Assembly (NCBI RefSeq): GCF_035084215.1
Contig: NC_090364.1
Span: forward strand, 4,712,001 to 4,776,000
DNA from: Heptranchias perlo
Taxonomy: Eukaryota
Reading direction: 5' to 3'
DNA: 64,000 bases
In this document: positions 42,243-61,949 of the stretch, piece after piece
How positions within the stretch are numbered: the first letter of the stretch is position 1
How the letters are laid out: each line of letters opens with the position of its first letter
Translations under genes and position numbers: made by a program
Notes under the pieces: generated by a model
The model's input: only the letters and a program-made list of their open reading frames with translations
What the model was told of the DNA's origin: nothing
Databases searched by the model: none

Positions 42243-44219
42243 CTGGGATTCTATAACCATTAGTACTGTACTTGGTGAAAATTTAAGTGTGACTGAATTC
42301 TGGTGAATGCTTTGTTGATTGTGGTTAATTTCCACTTTTCTCATTTCATTGTTGCTGTACATGGAAATAAAAGCTATTCATCTTTGAACTGCTTTGTCTT
42401 TTTTGAGTGGCTGATCTGATCACCAAGATCCCCATTGCATGATACCCAGCTGAGTAACTTGTGATCAAGTTAGAACTTTTTAAATGCATAAGCCCCTCCT
42501 GGTCCAGCTTCCTAAAATTGATTCTATACTGCCCAGGATGGCTGTGCTCACATCTCCACACTCTCACTGAGAGGCTTATTGGGGATTTTGGAAATACACA
42601 ATTTCTGCAACTGTGATCTCAGTAACAATTCCAGTTTTCATTACATCTGTCAGCAACATGTGAAGCTTTGAAACAATAAAATGGGGAACAGGGGCCCTGA
42701 ATTAGTTTCTTCAGTAATAACTGTCCAGTCTGGGGAAGGAAGCACATCAGCTTTACAACCTGCTTCAGACTTGTTTTTGTCAGTGGGGGGGGACACTACA
42801 GTTGAGGTGCATTGGCATTAGTCTCATGCCACACGTCACTCTGGATTACTGAAGTGTTGTGTAGTATTAACCACCTTTGTGTCTTCCTTTTGAGCAGGGA
42901 GTCTTTCGTTCAACATTCTCTCCTCCAGGGCTAATACTGAGCAATGTTCTAGAATTAACTAAACCACCAGTCTGTAGAAACATCAAACTGCTGTCTGTTC
43001 TGTTTGAAGTTTGTTGGTGGTAGTTAATCAGGGCTGGAATAAATGATTGATTCATGTTTATCTCCCAATGACTTAGTCACTTTTGATTATAGCAACACAA
43101 AATGTTATAGGGATCCACAAGGTAATTGAAATTCAATATTTGATGTCCATTATAATCTATACTTGGTATTTATCTAACTACCACAACTTGTACAAAAAGA
43201 CTGCCCTTAACTTTAATTAGTGCAGTGATTTTTGAGTTTTCCTGAAGATATGAGAAATTAAACACATCTAGTAATGTTCAAAAATAGTTCACCTCCAGGG
43301 AATGAAGTACTGAAGCACATAAGTCCAATAAATATTCTCTCATGCACTAAGATAGCAGACAAGGTGAGCTGTTATACATGGTTACACTACCTACAAATTA
43401 AATATTGGCTTGACTGGCAGGGGATGGAGGATGCCTGTATGAGCACGACCAGATGTCATGGTTTGGTAACAGGGCAGGCACATGGGATTAGGACGACTGC
43501 CTGTGTGAATGATGAACACCACCATGAACTGGTTGGACCAAACAGTCTGTTTCAGTGTAAGTTTTATGTAATTCACACTTTTCCATTGTTCAGGCTTTGT
43601 GGTCCTTCCATTCAATGTCTGGTTGTTAGACCAGAGTTACAACAGGATAGGAACAAAATCCAAAATACTGATGATACTAGAAATCTGGTCAGAAAGTATC
43701 GGTTGAGAAAATACGACACAGTTGACAATTCAGGTATAAAACCTTTTCTCACAACAGACTTGAGGGTTGCAGATGAATAAACAGTGCAAACTAAACACTG
43801 GACTTTACAGCTTCTAAATTTCATGGGGATAAAACTCCACATCGCATTTTACAGTGATGGAGCAACAGAATTCTGTTTGAAGCTCCCAACTGATCCACTT
43901 TCCATTTCCCCAACTCGTTGTCGGTTGGTTTGCGGACTCACTGCAGACCGTCTGGTGAAGGTCAGTCTCCTTCAATCTATTGTGGTGATCAACATTGTGA
44001 ATCTGGGTATAACGGACTCTTTCTGGACACACCAAGATTCCCATCAATTGTCCAAGAGACGAATTAACTTAGAAACGATTGTGCTCGACACCATCTACGG
44101 GATGGGATTTCCATTTGTAAACTCATCGATCTCTTTGAGATATGTTGTGAAGCTCTGATTCTGGGAACAGAGATGTGATCAGATTCAGTCTGAGGAAAGT
44201 CAAAGAAACCAACAGCAAT

Positions 44220-44417
44220 CACATCACAGAATAATCCTCCAATCCTGCCTGTATTCCAAAGCTCTGATTGGTTCTGGGAATCACACCCCACCCCCTTCTC
44301 CTTTGTTAATTGGTGCCTGGATTCATGGAAGATTCCTGATTGGCTATCAGGGATTGTCAATCATCATTGGTGATGTCATAACCTGTTTAAATGCAGGCTG
44401 TCCCAGTAGTATAAATA
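44220..44417 (+). promoter_or_regulatory. Array promoter module, gene 9 example (also before genes 5-8 and 10-12): five CCAAT/ATTGG boxes, TGATGTCA, TATA
   Basis: CCAAT 44239; ATTGG 44267, 44309, 44339, 44366; TGATGTCA 44371; TATAAATA 44410. The module recurs upstream of every array copy with minor changes. Confidence 0.75.
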
Positions 44418-44506
44418 CAAGAGCTTGTGAGGGAAGAGGTTAGATTAAGTTGTTTGTTTGTGTTGTTTAGTTTGGAGTGAGATTGTGGTTAATAGTGAAA
44501 GTTAAG

Positions 44507-47500
44507 ATGGCCTCCCAGGTGTGTCAGAACTATCACAAGGAGTGTGAGGATGGTGTCAACAAGCAGATCAATATGGAGCTTGATTCCTCCTATGTTTATC
44601 TTTCTATGGTGAGTTTTCTATCTGAGGTATTATTTCAAAATTAAGGCTGTGGTGTTATTGTTTTCTCAGCAGGTAGAATTCTCTGAAAATGAATTGGCTT
44701 TAGAGTGTACCTCTGTAACTGTACCCAATTTTTTTTTTCTGACTTTGGTTCTGTGCTGCTGCTACTGCAGGGCTGAAAGGGTTCCCTTCCCAGTCTTAAT
44801 CCAGTGAGTATTCTTAAACTGAATAATTTCCATCCAAGTTAATTGGGTGATTAGTTAATTAAACATTGGTTCTGGCCAGTATTCTAATTGAGTAAGTGAA
44901 TCCTGTTTGAGGCTGCACCCTTACACTTCAACACAATGAGGGAAACTGTGGTTCAAGATGGTGAATAATGTGGCTTGCTCTTCACTGAATGAAAAATTTA
45001 ATCTGGGAACAAGAGCAGATCAAATAAATGTTATGTTTAATCCTACAGCATAGGAAGAGGCTATTCAGCCCATTGTGCTTGTGCTAGCTCTCTGAAAGAG
45101 CTATTGAATTAGTCCCACTCCCTCTGCTCTTTCTCTTTTTTTCCACCCCAACCCTGCACTTTTTTCCTTTTCAAGTATTTATCCAATTCCCTTTTGACAG
45201 TTACTATTGAATCTGCTTCCACTGCCCTTTTTCACGCTGTGCATTTGAGATATTACTTGCTGCATTTTAAAAAATAAAAATAATTATTCTTATCTCCCCT
45301 CGGCCTGTTATCTTCGATCTCTGTCCTCTGGTTACTGACCCACCTACCAGTGGAAACAGTTACTCTTAATTTCCTCTATCAAAACCCTTCATATATTTTG
45401 AACACCTCCATTAAATATCCCTTTAACTTTTTCTGTTTTAAGGAGAACAATCTGTTTCTCCAGTCTCCACATAACTGAAGTCCCTCATCCCTGTAGGTTG
45501 AATGCTGAAATGAAAATTTAATCCAAATGCATTATTGCTCTCTCTTGTTTTCTATTAATACAACCTCTTGTCTAGTTGAGGGACTTTCAACATACTCAGA
45601 AAAGATCAATGAAGCAAAGTGAGATTGACATGTGAGAAACATGCTTTTTTTTAGACACTGTAAGCCCCTTAATTCAAAGTATTGTGGCAGAGAATGGTTA
45701 ACATGTCTGTGATGTTGCCATTTCAAATTGGCCATAGATGAGATCTTGGTCTGACCTGACTCTTCCTTTCCATTTTATCTCTACCTACAGTCCTATTACT
45801 TTGACCGGGATGATGTTGCCCTGCGTCACTTTGCCGAGTTCTTCAAGGAGCAGTCACATGAGGAACGGGAGCACGCTGAGAAACTACTGAAATTCCAGAA
45901 TCAGCGTGGAGGCCGAATCATCTTGGAGGACATCAAGGTTTGATTTAATGAAGGAGGATCTTCTGTGATGCACCTTGGGTAGTTTAAAAATTATCGTGAT
46001 TGTTTTGAATAGTTTGGTAGCTGACCATTTCATGCAGGTTCCTAAAAGCAAGGGAGATTAATGTGATTAAAATAGATAGTGTTGAGGATGAGTAAGTGAT
46101 TACTCTGAAAGGTATAAACTAATGTGAGTTGGTATGGCTTTGGATCACTGAGCTGGAGGATCACTGTATGTGGATGATCAAAAGTAATGAGTTTCTGCAT
46201 CACATTGCTAGCTGAAACTTGAACTGTGGAACTGGAAGAAAATATGTAGCATGGATAAGGAACTGGTGTAGAGATGAAGGAATACTATCATGTAACAAGT
46301 TTCCTTTTTAAAAAAAAACTACCCCCTTTTGTTGAGGCCTCAAGGATAAACTACTTCAATTTGGAAGAGTCGATCTAAGCTTGTTGGTAATCCTAAAGTA
46401 GGACATGGTCTTCTGTTCACCTCAATAATACATTGCTAAAGGGTGATGGCAGATGTTTATACTTCCCAGTACAATAGCAGGTATTTCCATCTGCCATTCT
46501 TGCAAATGAAGAATTTTGAGGAGTTGGGGACATTAATACAAAAGTTTAGTGACTTGAGGCTCTAGGTGGTTGCGAACTTTTAAACTAGTTTGTAAGTGCA
46601 AAAAACAGATCTGAGTGAAGAATATGGTACCAGAAGTTATATTTCAATTAATGCTGGTCAGTGTGTTTAAACTGTTTCTTTATTTGTCTCCCAGTTGGAG
46701 ACTACCAATAAACTCAGTCTCTATCGAAGCATCACTCATTTGTGATCCATCTTAAAGATGGAGGTTATTGATCTAATGGTGCTGTCTGAGAGAATTGACT
46801 CTAAATAGGGATATGAGCATAATCTTAGAATGTGAACTAAGTTGGTTATTGTGGGGATGGGGAAGTTTTGATTTGAATGTGAAGACTGCTGTAGAAAGCC
46901 ATAGATGTGTCAATTGAAGTGTCTAAAAGGGAGTGAGCTGCATTTAGTGTTGGGGCAAAAGTGGGGAGTTGGGATTACAGCTGCAATGACCACTAACCTA
47001 GCAGTTAATGGACTGATCTGCTCCTAGTATCCAGCAATTGCCTCCAATGTCATCCCAGTGATTGATTCCACAATCCTTCCTTCTATTCCTATTCTTGTGG
47101 TGCACAGATTAACTTCTGTTGCTTCTAACCCTGTTGTCCTTGTGCGGAACATCCCTTGGACTTTCAACTTCCATTGTAGCTGAATGTGCTGACAAGACAA
47201 CACTTCCCTTTTCAGAAGCCAGAGCAGGATGAGTGGAGCAATGGTCTGGAGGCGATGCAGAGAGCTCTGCAGATGGAGAAGAATGTGAGCCAGAGTCTGC
47301 TGGATCTGCACAAACTGTCCACTGAGAGGACAGACCCTCATGTAAGTTTCAGATGTATTGGAATCTGCCACTTAACTCTACATTGCTAGAAAGATTTCCA
47401 TTTATAGGTTTGTGTTTCACAATTGCTGAGAATTCAGCTTTTTTTTTTCTGAAAAAGCTAAACTGTAGACCTGGATCACTAAACTATTCCCAGGGCATTC

Positions 47501-47876
47501 GATCTGAGGCATCAAAATGGATCTTCCATTCTCTCCAGTTTAATGGAATTGATGGTTTGCCACTTGTGGGTAATCTTGGTCTTTGGCTAAATGTGCCAAT
47601 CCCCCCAAGTGCACTACTTTTACCATGGTTCCTGGACTGGAATAAATGAAGAATAATTTCCCTGAAGATTCTCACTAACATCTGTTTGAGCTAACTACAC
47701 TCACTAGTTTATCTCCTTTCCTCTTCCAGTTGTGTGACTTCCTGGAGACTCACTACTTGGATGAACAAGTGAAGATGATCAAGAAGCTTGGAAATCACAT
47801 CACCAACCTGAAGAGACTGGGAGCCCCTGAGAATGGCATGGGAGTGTACCTGTTTGACAAGCACAGCCTGCATTAA
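44507..47876 (+). CDS. Ferritin H/M-type subunit, gene 9 (173 aa)
   Basis: Exons 44507-44608, 45791-45937, 47216-47341, 47730-47876; TAA stop; ELY changed to ELD. TATA 44410, AATAAA 47955. Confidence 0.94.
45044..45490 (-). mobile_element. CR1 LINE 3' fragment in gene 9 intron 1
   Basis: Same family as 822-1110; only its right-hand part remains in genes 5 (~24465-24655) and 7 (~34450-34640). Confidence 0.7.
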
Positions 47877-50229
47877 CTGGGATTCTATACTTGGTGGAAA
47901 ATGGTGAATGCTTTGGTTGTGGTTATTTCAGTTTTCTCATCTGTTATACATGGAAATAAAAGCTATTCATCATTGAACTGGTTTGTCTTTGTTGTATAAT
48001 TAAGTAGCTGATCTGATTATCCAGATCACCAAGATGCCCACTGCACCACACCCAGCTGAGTAACTTATGATCCAAGTAAGAACTTTTTCCAAGCCTAAAA
48101 ATATAATAGCCCCTTCTGGTCCAGCTTCCTGACTTGACTCTGTGCAATTCTTGGGTGGCCGTGCCCACATCTCCAAATTACTGAGCAGCCTGTAGAGGAT
48201 GCCTGAAATACATAATTTCTGCAACTGTAATCTCAGCAACAATTTCTGCAGGAAAGAAGTTTTCACAACATCTGCCAGCAAAACCGTCAATATTTTGTGC
48301 TTCGAAACAATGAAGTTGGGGGGGTGCTGAATTCGTGACTGGAGAATGATGAGTATCTGGCAGGATAAGGGCGGGGCACACTGCAATTTAGCTGCCTTTG
48401 CATTAGTCAGATGCCACAAGTCACCCATGGGGTTGTGAGTGTTGTGGCCTGTATAGAGTATAGTATTAACCACCCTAGAGTCTTCCTTTGGGCAGATTGT
48501 CATGTTTAACATTTCCTCCTCCAGGGCAAAATTTGTTCACTGTGATTTGAGTAAACCATCAAACTCCAGTCTGTCCTGTTTGGTGTTTGTTGGTATTGGT
48601 AATCGGTGCTGGTGCACATGATTCTTGTACATCTCCTAAACTAGATGTCAAACTGCAGTGTGTGCTACATGGCATATGTTGGGTAAAGTGGAGATGATCA
48701 GTGCTGATCTAATTTACACTCAATCAAATCATGCCTCTACATCTCTTAAACTCACTGCCTTTCTATTAGAGACTCTCTAACTCTGATTGGGATCCACCTG
48801 TTAATTGTAATCAGATAGTTGCTGCACATTATCTTCCATACTGCACTTGGTATTTTTCAAAATACAACTTGTTCAAAAAGACTGCCCTTAACCCACAAAT
48901 AGTGTGATGATTTGAGTTCACCTGAAGACACCAGAAATTAAACCCATCTATTAATGGTGTTTGAAAATAGTTCACCTAAACGCAATAAATAAAACCCCAT
49001 TTGAATGTATTGAGGTACATGAGCCCATTAAATAATCTCTCAATGGCTGAGGTAGCAGACAAGGTGAGCTTTTATACATGGTTACACCACCTACAAGTAA
49101 AATATTGGCTTGACTGTCGGGATGGATGATATCTCCATGAGTAAGATTAGATGCCATGGTAGGGCAACAGGGTAGGTCAATGGGATTAGGACTACTGCTT
49201 GTGTGAATGATAAACACCAACATGAACTGGTTGAACCAAACAGCCTGTTTTGGTGTAAGTTTTATGTAATTCACTCTTCTCTGTTCTTAAGGCTTTGTGG
49301 TCCTTCTATTCAATGCCTGGTAGATGGACCAGAGATACAACAGGATAGGAACAAAAACCAAAATACTGAAGATACTGGAAATCACAAACAAAAACAGAAA
49401 ATGCTGGGAGATACTCACCAAGTCAAGCAGCATCGGTTGAGAAAACACAAGACAGTTGACATTTCAGATATAAAACCTTTCCTCACAACAGACTCGAGAT
49501 TTGCAGGAGATGAAAGAACAGTGCAAACTAAACACTGGACTTTACAGTTTCTAAATTTCATGGGGATAAAACTCCACATCGCCCTTTACAGTGATGGAGC
49601 AACAGAGTTCTGTTTGAAGCTCCCAACTGATCCACTTTCCATTTCCCCAACTCGTTGTCGGTTGGTTTGCGGACTCACTGCGGACTGTCTGATGAAGGTC
49701 AGTCTCCTTCAATCTATTGTGCTGATCAACATTGTGAATCTGGGTATAACGGACTCTTTCTGGACACACCTAGATGACCATCAATTGTCCAAGAGATGAG
49801 TTAACTTAGAACCGATTGTGCTCGACACCATCTACGGGATGGGATTTCCATTTGTAAACTCATCGATCTCTTTGAGATATGTTGTGAAGCTCTGATTCTG
49901 GGAACAGAGATGTTATCAGATTCAGTTTGAGGAAAGTCAAAGAAACCAACAGCAATCACATCACAGAATAATCCTCCAATCCTGCCTGTATTCCAAAGCT
50001 CTGATTGGTTCCGGGAATCACACCCCACCCCCTTCTCCTTTGTTAATTGGTGCCTGGATTCATGGACGATTCCTGAGTGGCTATCAGGGATTGTCAATCA
50101 TCATTGGTGATGTCATACCCTGTTTAAATGCAGGCTGTCCCAGTAGTATAAATACAAGAGCTTGTGAGGGAAGAGGTTAGGTTGTTACTGCAGTTTGAAG
50201 TGAGATTTCTGTTAATAGTGAAAGTAAAG

Positions 50230-52894
<2,665 letters not shown>

Positions 52895-53070
52895 CTGGGA
52901 TTCTATAACCATTAGTTCTATACTTGGTGGAAAATGGTGAATGCTTTGGTTGTGGTTATTTCCCAGTTTTCTCATCTGTTATACATGGAAATAAAAGCTA
53001 TTCATCATTGAACTGGTTTGTCTTTGTTGTATAATTAAGTAGCTGATCTGATTATCCAGATCACCAAGAT

Positions 53071-53477
53071 CACCAAGTTGATAGCCAAGTTCCGCACCCA
53101 TGAGGACGGCCTCAACCGGGATCTTGGGTTCATGTCACGCTACACGTAACCCCACCAGCAAAAAGGGGGAAAAAATTTATATGTTTTTTAAAATTCTCTC
53201 TCTCTCTCTCTGCCATTTTGAGTTTCTTTCTGCCTGCCTGTGTAATAGACACAATGTATATCGAGTGTACTGGGACATGCTGTTCTCCGTGACTGGCCTG
53301 TTTGAATAACAACGACACCTTTTGATTGGTGTGATGCTGTCCCAACATAGTATAAGATATGCGATTTGAGAACCTTTTCATTCATTCATCTGACGAAGGA
53401 GATAATCTCCGAAAGCTTGTGATTTTAAAATAAATTTGTTGGACTATAACCTGGTGTTGTAAGATTCCTTACATTTG
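53071..53477 (+). mobile_element. Penelope-like element 3' fragment with hammerhead ribozyme
   Basis: [24 protein letters not shown] followed by a pLTR; ACCAAGAT duplicated at 53063-53070 and 53478-53485. Confidence 0.85.
53386..53422 (+). ncRNA. Minimal type I hammerhead ribozyme motif
   Basis: TCAT-CTGACGA-AGGAGATAATCTCC-GAAA-GCTT-GTGA, with stem II GGAGA/TCTCC. Confidence 0.75.
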
Positions 53478-54383
53478 ACCAAGATACTCAGCTGAGTAAC
53501 TTATGATCCAAGTAAGAACTTTTTCCAAGCCTAAAAATATGAAAGCCCCTCCTGGTCCAGCTTCCTCACTTGACTCTGTGCAATTCTTGGGTGACTGTGC
53601 CCACATCTCCAAACTACAGAGCAGCCTGTAGAGGATGCCTGAAATACATAATTTCTGCAGAAAGAGGTTTTCATAACATCTGCCAGCAAAACCTTGTCAA
53701 TATTTTGTGCTTTGAAACAACAAAGTGGCGGGTGCTGAATTAGTGTCTGGAGAATGTTGCATATCTGTCAGGCCAAGGGAGGGGGATCCCTGCAATTTAG
53801 GTGCCTTTGCATTAGTCTGATGCCACAGGTCACCCACTGGGTTGCTGAAGAGTTGTGGCCTGTATAGTATTGACTGACCAAGAGTCTTCCATTGGGCAGA
53901 CTGTCCTGTTTAACATTCCCTCATTTGGGGCAATATTTGCCCATTCTTTGTGTAACCCAGCTGTCCTGAGAACACCAAACTGCAGTCTGTCCTGTGTGGT
54001 GTTTGCTGTTGGGTAACTTGTGCTGGTAAAAATGAAATTAAAGCAAATGATTCCTCTATCACCCAACAACTTAAACTGCCTTCCTTTTGATAATTGCATC
54101 AGTAACTCTTAAGGATCCACAAGTTAATTGTAATTCAATAGTTACTGTACATTATCTTCCATACTTCAGTTGGTATTTCTAATTACTGCAACTTGTACAA
54201 AAAGATTGTCCCTAACCCACATGTGACTTTTGAGTTTCCCAGAAATGGAACCATAAAATTTTTAAGCCCACTAAATATTCTCTCAAGGTCACAGTATTGA
54301 CCACCCGAGAGTCTTCCTTTGGGCAGACTGTCCTGTTTAACATTCCCTCCACCGGGGCAAAATTTGCCCATTCTTTGTGATTT

Positions 54384-55100
54384 AAATCAAAAAGTTAGTT
54401 TGCAGGTGCAGCAGGTGATCAAGAAGGCCAACGGAATGTTGGCTTTTATTGCTTGGGGGATAGAATATAAAAATAGGGAGGTATTGCTGCAGTTATATAA
54501 GGTATTGGTGAGACCGCACCTGGAATACTGCATACAGTTTTGGTCTCCATACTTAAGAAAAGACATACTTGCTCTCGAGGCAGTACAAAGAAGGTTCACT
54601 CGGTTAATCCCGGGGATGAGGGGGTGGACATATGAGGAGAGGTTGAGTAGATTGGGACTCTACTCATTGGAGTTCAGAAGAATGAGAGGCGATCTTATTG
54701 AAACATACAAGATTGTGAAGGGGCTTGATCGGGTGGATGCGGTAAGGATGTTCCCAAGGATGAGTGAAACTAGAACCAGGGGGCATAATCTTAGAATAAG
54801 GGGCTGCTCTTTCAAAACTGAGATGAGGAGAAACTTCTTCACTCAGAGGGTGGTAGGTCTGTGGAATTTGCTGCCCGAGGAAGCTGTGGAAGCTACATCA
54901 TTAAATAAATTTAAAACAGAAATAGACAGTTTTCTAGAAGCAAAGGGAATTAGGGGTTACGGGGAGCGGGCAGGAAATTGGACATGAATTTAGATTTGAG
55001 GTTAGGATCAGATCAGCCATGATCTTTTTGAATGGCGGAGCAGGCTCGAGGGGCCGATTGGCCTACTCCTGCTCCTATTTCTTATGTTCTTATGTTCTTC
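54384..55100 (+). mobile_element. Young 5'-truncated CR1 LINE
   Basis: Uninterrupted ~200-codon ORF2 C-terminus (KKANGMLAFI...LVRPHLEYCIQFWSP...RGHNLRI...RRNFFTQRVV), stop at 54987, (TTCTTATG)n tail. Absent from the matching spacer at ~48545. Confidence 0.92.
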
Positions 55101-56796
55101 TGAGTAAACCACCAGTCTGCCAAAACCATCAAACTGCAATCTGTCCTGTTTGGAGTTTGTTGGCATTGGTAATCAGTGCTGGTGCACATGATTCTTGTAC
55201 ATCTCCTAAATTAGATGTCAAACTGCAGTGTGTGCTACATGGCATATGTTGGGTAAAGTGGAGATGATCAGTGCTGATCTAAATTACACTCAATCAAATC
55301 ATGCCTCTACATCTCCCAAACACACAAATTCACTGCCTTTCTATCATGGAATCTCTAACTCTTATAGGGATCCACCTGTTAACTGTAATCAGACAGTTGC
55401 TGTACATTATTTTCCATACTTCACTTGGTATTTTTCAAATTACCACAACTTGTTCAAAAAGACTGCCCTTAACCCACAAATAGTGTGATGATTTGAGTTT
55501 TCCTGAAGACACAAGAAATTAAACCCATCCATTAATGGTGTTTGAAAATAGTTCACCTAAAGGCAACAAATTAACCCCATTTGAATGTATTGAGGTACAG
55601 GAGCCCATTAAATATTCTCTCAAGGGCTGAGGTAGCAGACAAGGTGAGCTGTTATACATGGTTACACTACCTGCAAGTAAAATATTGGCCTGACTGTCAG
55701 GGGATGGATGATGTCTCCATGAGTAAGATTAGATGCCATGATAGGGCAACAGGGTAGGTCAATGGGATTAGGACTACTGCTTTTGTGAAGGATAAACACC
55801 AACATGAACTGGTTGAACCAAACAGCCTGTTTTGGTATAAGTTTTATATAATTCACTCTTCTCTGTTCTTGGGTATTTGTGGTCCTTCGATTCAATGCCT
55901 GGTAGATGGACCAGAGTGACAACATGATAGGAACAAAATCCAAAATACTCATGATACTGGAAATCGCAAACAAAAACAGAAAATGCTGGAGATACTCATC
56001 AGGTCAGGCAACATTGGTCGAGAAAACATGAGACAGTTCATATTTCAGGTGTAAAACATTTCCTCACAACAGACACGAGATTTGCAGGAGATGAAAGAAC
56101 AGTGCAAACTAAACACTGGACTTTACAGTTTCTAAATTTCATGGGGATGAAACTCCACATCGCCCTTTACAGTGATGGAGCAACAGAGTTCTGTTTGAAG
56201 CTCCCGACTGATCCACTTTCCATTTCCCCAACTCGTTGTCGGTTGGTTTGCGGACTCACTGCGGACCGTCTGGTGAAGGTCAGTCTCCTTCAATTTATTG
56301 TGATCAACATTCGTATAATGGACTCTTTTTGGACCCACCAAGATGCCCATCAGTTGTCCAAGAGATGAGTTAACTTACAAGTGATTGTGCTCGACACCAT
56401 CTACGGGATGGAATTTCCATTTGTGAACTCATCGATCTCTTTGAGATATGTTGTGAAGCTCTGATTCTGGGAACAGAGATGTTATCAGATTCAGATTGAG
56501 GAAAGTCAACGAAACCAACAGCAATGACATCACAGAATAATCATCCAATCCTGCCTGTATTCCAAAGCTCTGATTGGTTCTGGGAATCACACCCCTCCCT
56601 CTGTCCTTTGTTAATTGGTGCCTGGATTCATGGAAGATTCCTGAGTGGCTATCAGGGATTGTCAATCATCATTGGTGATGTCATACCCTGTTTAAATGCT
56701 GGCTGTCCCAGTAGTATAAATACAAGAGTTTGTGAGGGAAGAAGTTAGGTTGTTCTACAGTTTGTTGTCAGATTTTTGTTAATAATAAAAGTTAAG

Positions 56797-59837
<3,041 letters not shown>

Positions 59838-61949
59838 CTGTGGTCCTATACTTGGTGAAATTGGTGGTGAATGCTTTGGTTGTGGTTATTTCCCAGTTTT
59901 CTCATCTGTTATCCATGGAAATAAAAGCTATTCATCATTGAACTGGTTTGTCTTTGTTGTATAATTAAGGATCTGATTATCCAGATCACCAAGATACCCA
60001 CTGCACCACACCCAGCTGAGTAACTTATGATCCAAGTTAGATCTTTTTCCAGGCCAAAAAATATTAAAAACCCCTCCTGGTCTAGCTTCCTCACATGATG
60101 CTGTGCCCACATCTCCCTTACTGAGGATCTTATAGAGGAGGCCTGAAATCTCAGCAACAATTTCTGCAGAAAAGGGGTTTTCATAACCAGCAAAAAGTCA
60201 TCAATATGTTGTGCTTTGAAACCACAATGTGGGGAGGGGGTGCTGGATTAGTGTTTGGAGGATGAGTATTTGTCAGGACAAGGGTGGGGATACCTACAAT
60301 TGAGGTGCCTTTGGATTAGGCTGATGGCACAAGTCATTCACTGGATTGCTTAGAGTTGTGGCCTGTATCGCGTAATGACTGACCTGGAGTCTTCCTTCGG
60401 GCAGACTGTCCTGTTTAACGTTCCCTCATCTGGGGCAATATTTGCCCATTCTTTGTGATTGAGTAAACCAGCTGTCTGTAGAAAACATCAAACTGCAGTA
60501 TATCCTGTGTGGTGTTTGCTGTTGGGTAACCTGTGCTGGTAGAAATGAAATTAAAGCAAATGATTCCTCTATCACCCAACAACTTAAACTGCCTTCCTTT
60601 TCATTATTGTATCAGTAACTCTTAAGGATCCACAAGTTAATTGTAATTCAATAGTTACTGTACATTATCATCCATACTTCAGTTGGTATTTCTAATTACT
60701 GCAACTTGTACAAAAAGACTGCCCTTAACCCACATTGTGTGGTGATTTTTGAGTTACCCAGAAATAAAACCATAAAGTTTGTGAGCCCGCTAGATAAATA
60801 TTCTTTCAAGGACAGGTAGCAGACAAGGTGAGCTGTTATACATGGTTACACTAGCTACAAGTAAAATATTGGCTTGACTGTCAAGATAGAGGATGCCTGT
60901 ATGAGCAAGATTAGATGCCATGGTAACAGGGCAGGCCCATGGGATTAGGACTACTGCTTGTGTGCAGGATAAACACCAACATGAACTGGTTGAACCAAAC
61001 AGCCTGCTTTGTTGTAAGTTTTAGGTAATTCACACTTTCTGTTCTTGAGGCTTTGTGGTCCTTCTATTCAATGACTGGTAGTTGGACCAGAGTTACAACA
61101 GAATATGAACAAAATCCAAAATATTGAAGATACCAGAAATCTCAAAAAAGCAACAGAAAATGCTGGAGATACTCAGCAGGTCAGGAAGCATCGGTTGAGA
61201 ATACGTAAGACAGTTGACATTTCAGGCATAAAACTTTTTCTCACAACAGACGTGAAACTTTCAGAAGGTGAAAAACAGTGCAAACTAAAGACTGGACTTT
61301 ACAGCTCCTAAACTCCACATCGCATTTTACAGTGATGGAGCAACAGAGTTCTGTTTGAAGCTCCCAACTGATCCAATTTCCATTTCCCCAACTCGTTGTC
61401 GGTTGGTTTGCGGACTCACTGCGGACTGTCTGGTGAAGGTCAGTCTCCTGCAATCTATTGTGCTGATCAACATTGTGAATCTGGGTATAACGGACTCGTT
61501 CTGGACCCACCAAGATGCCCATCAATTGTCCAAGAGACGGGATAACTTAGAACCGATTGTGCTCGACACCATCTACGGGATGGGATTTCCATTTGTAAAT
61601 GCATCGATCTCTTCGAGATATGTTGCGAAGCTCTGATTCTGGGAACAGAGATGTGATCAGATTCAGTTTGAGGAAAGTCAAAAAAAACCAACGGCAATGA
61701 CACCACAGAATAATCCTCCAATCCTGCCTCTATTCCAAAGCTCTGATTGGTTCTGGGAATCACACACCACCCCCTGCCCTTTGTTAATTGGTGTCTGGAT
61801 CCATGGAAGATTCCTGAGTGGCTATCAGGGATTGTCAATCATCATTGGTGATGTCATAACCTGTTTAAATGCAGGCTGTCCCAGTAGTATAAATACAAGA
61901 GCTTGTGAGGGAAGTGGTTAGGTTGTTCTTGTTAGTAGTAAAAGTTGAG

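Noticed and set aside
54319-54987. 222-aa ORF, the longest in the window
   Set aside because: It is the C-terminus of CR1 ORF2 fused to spacer sequence, not a host gene.
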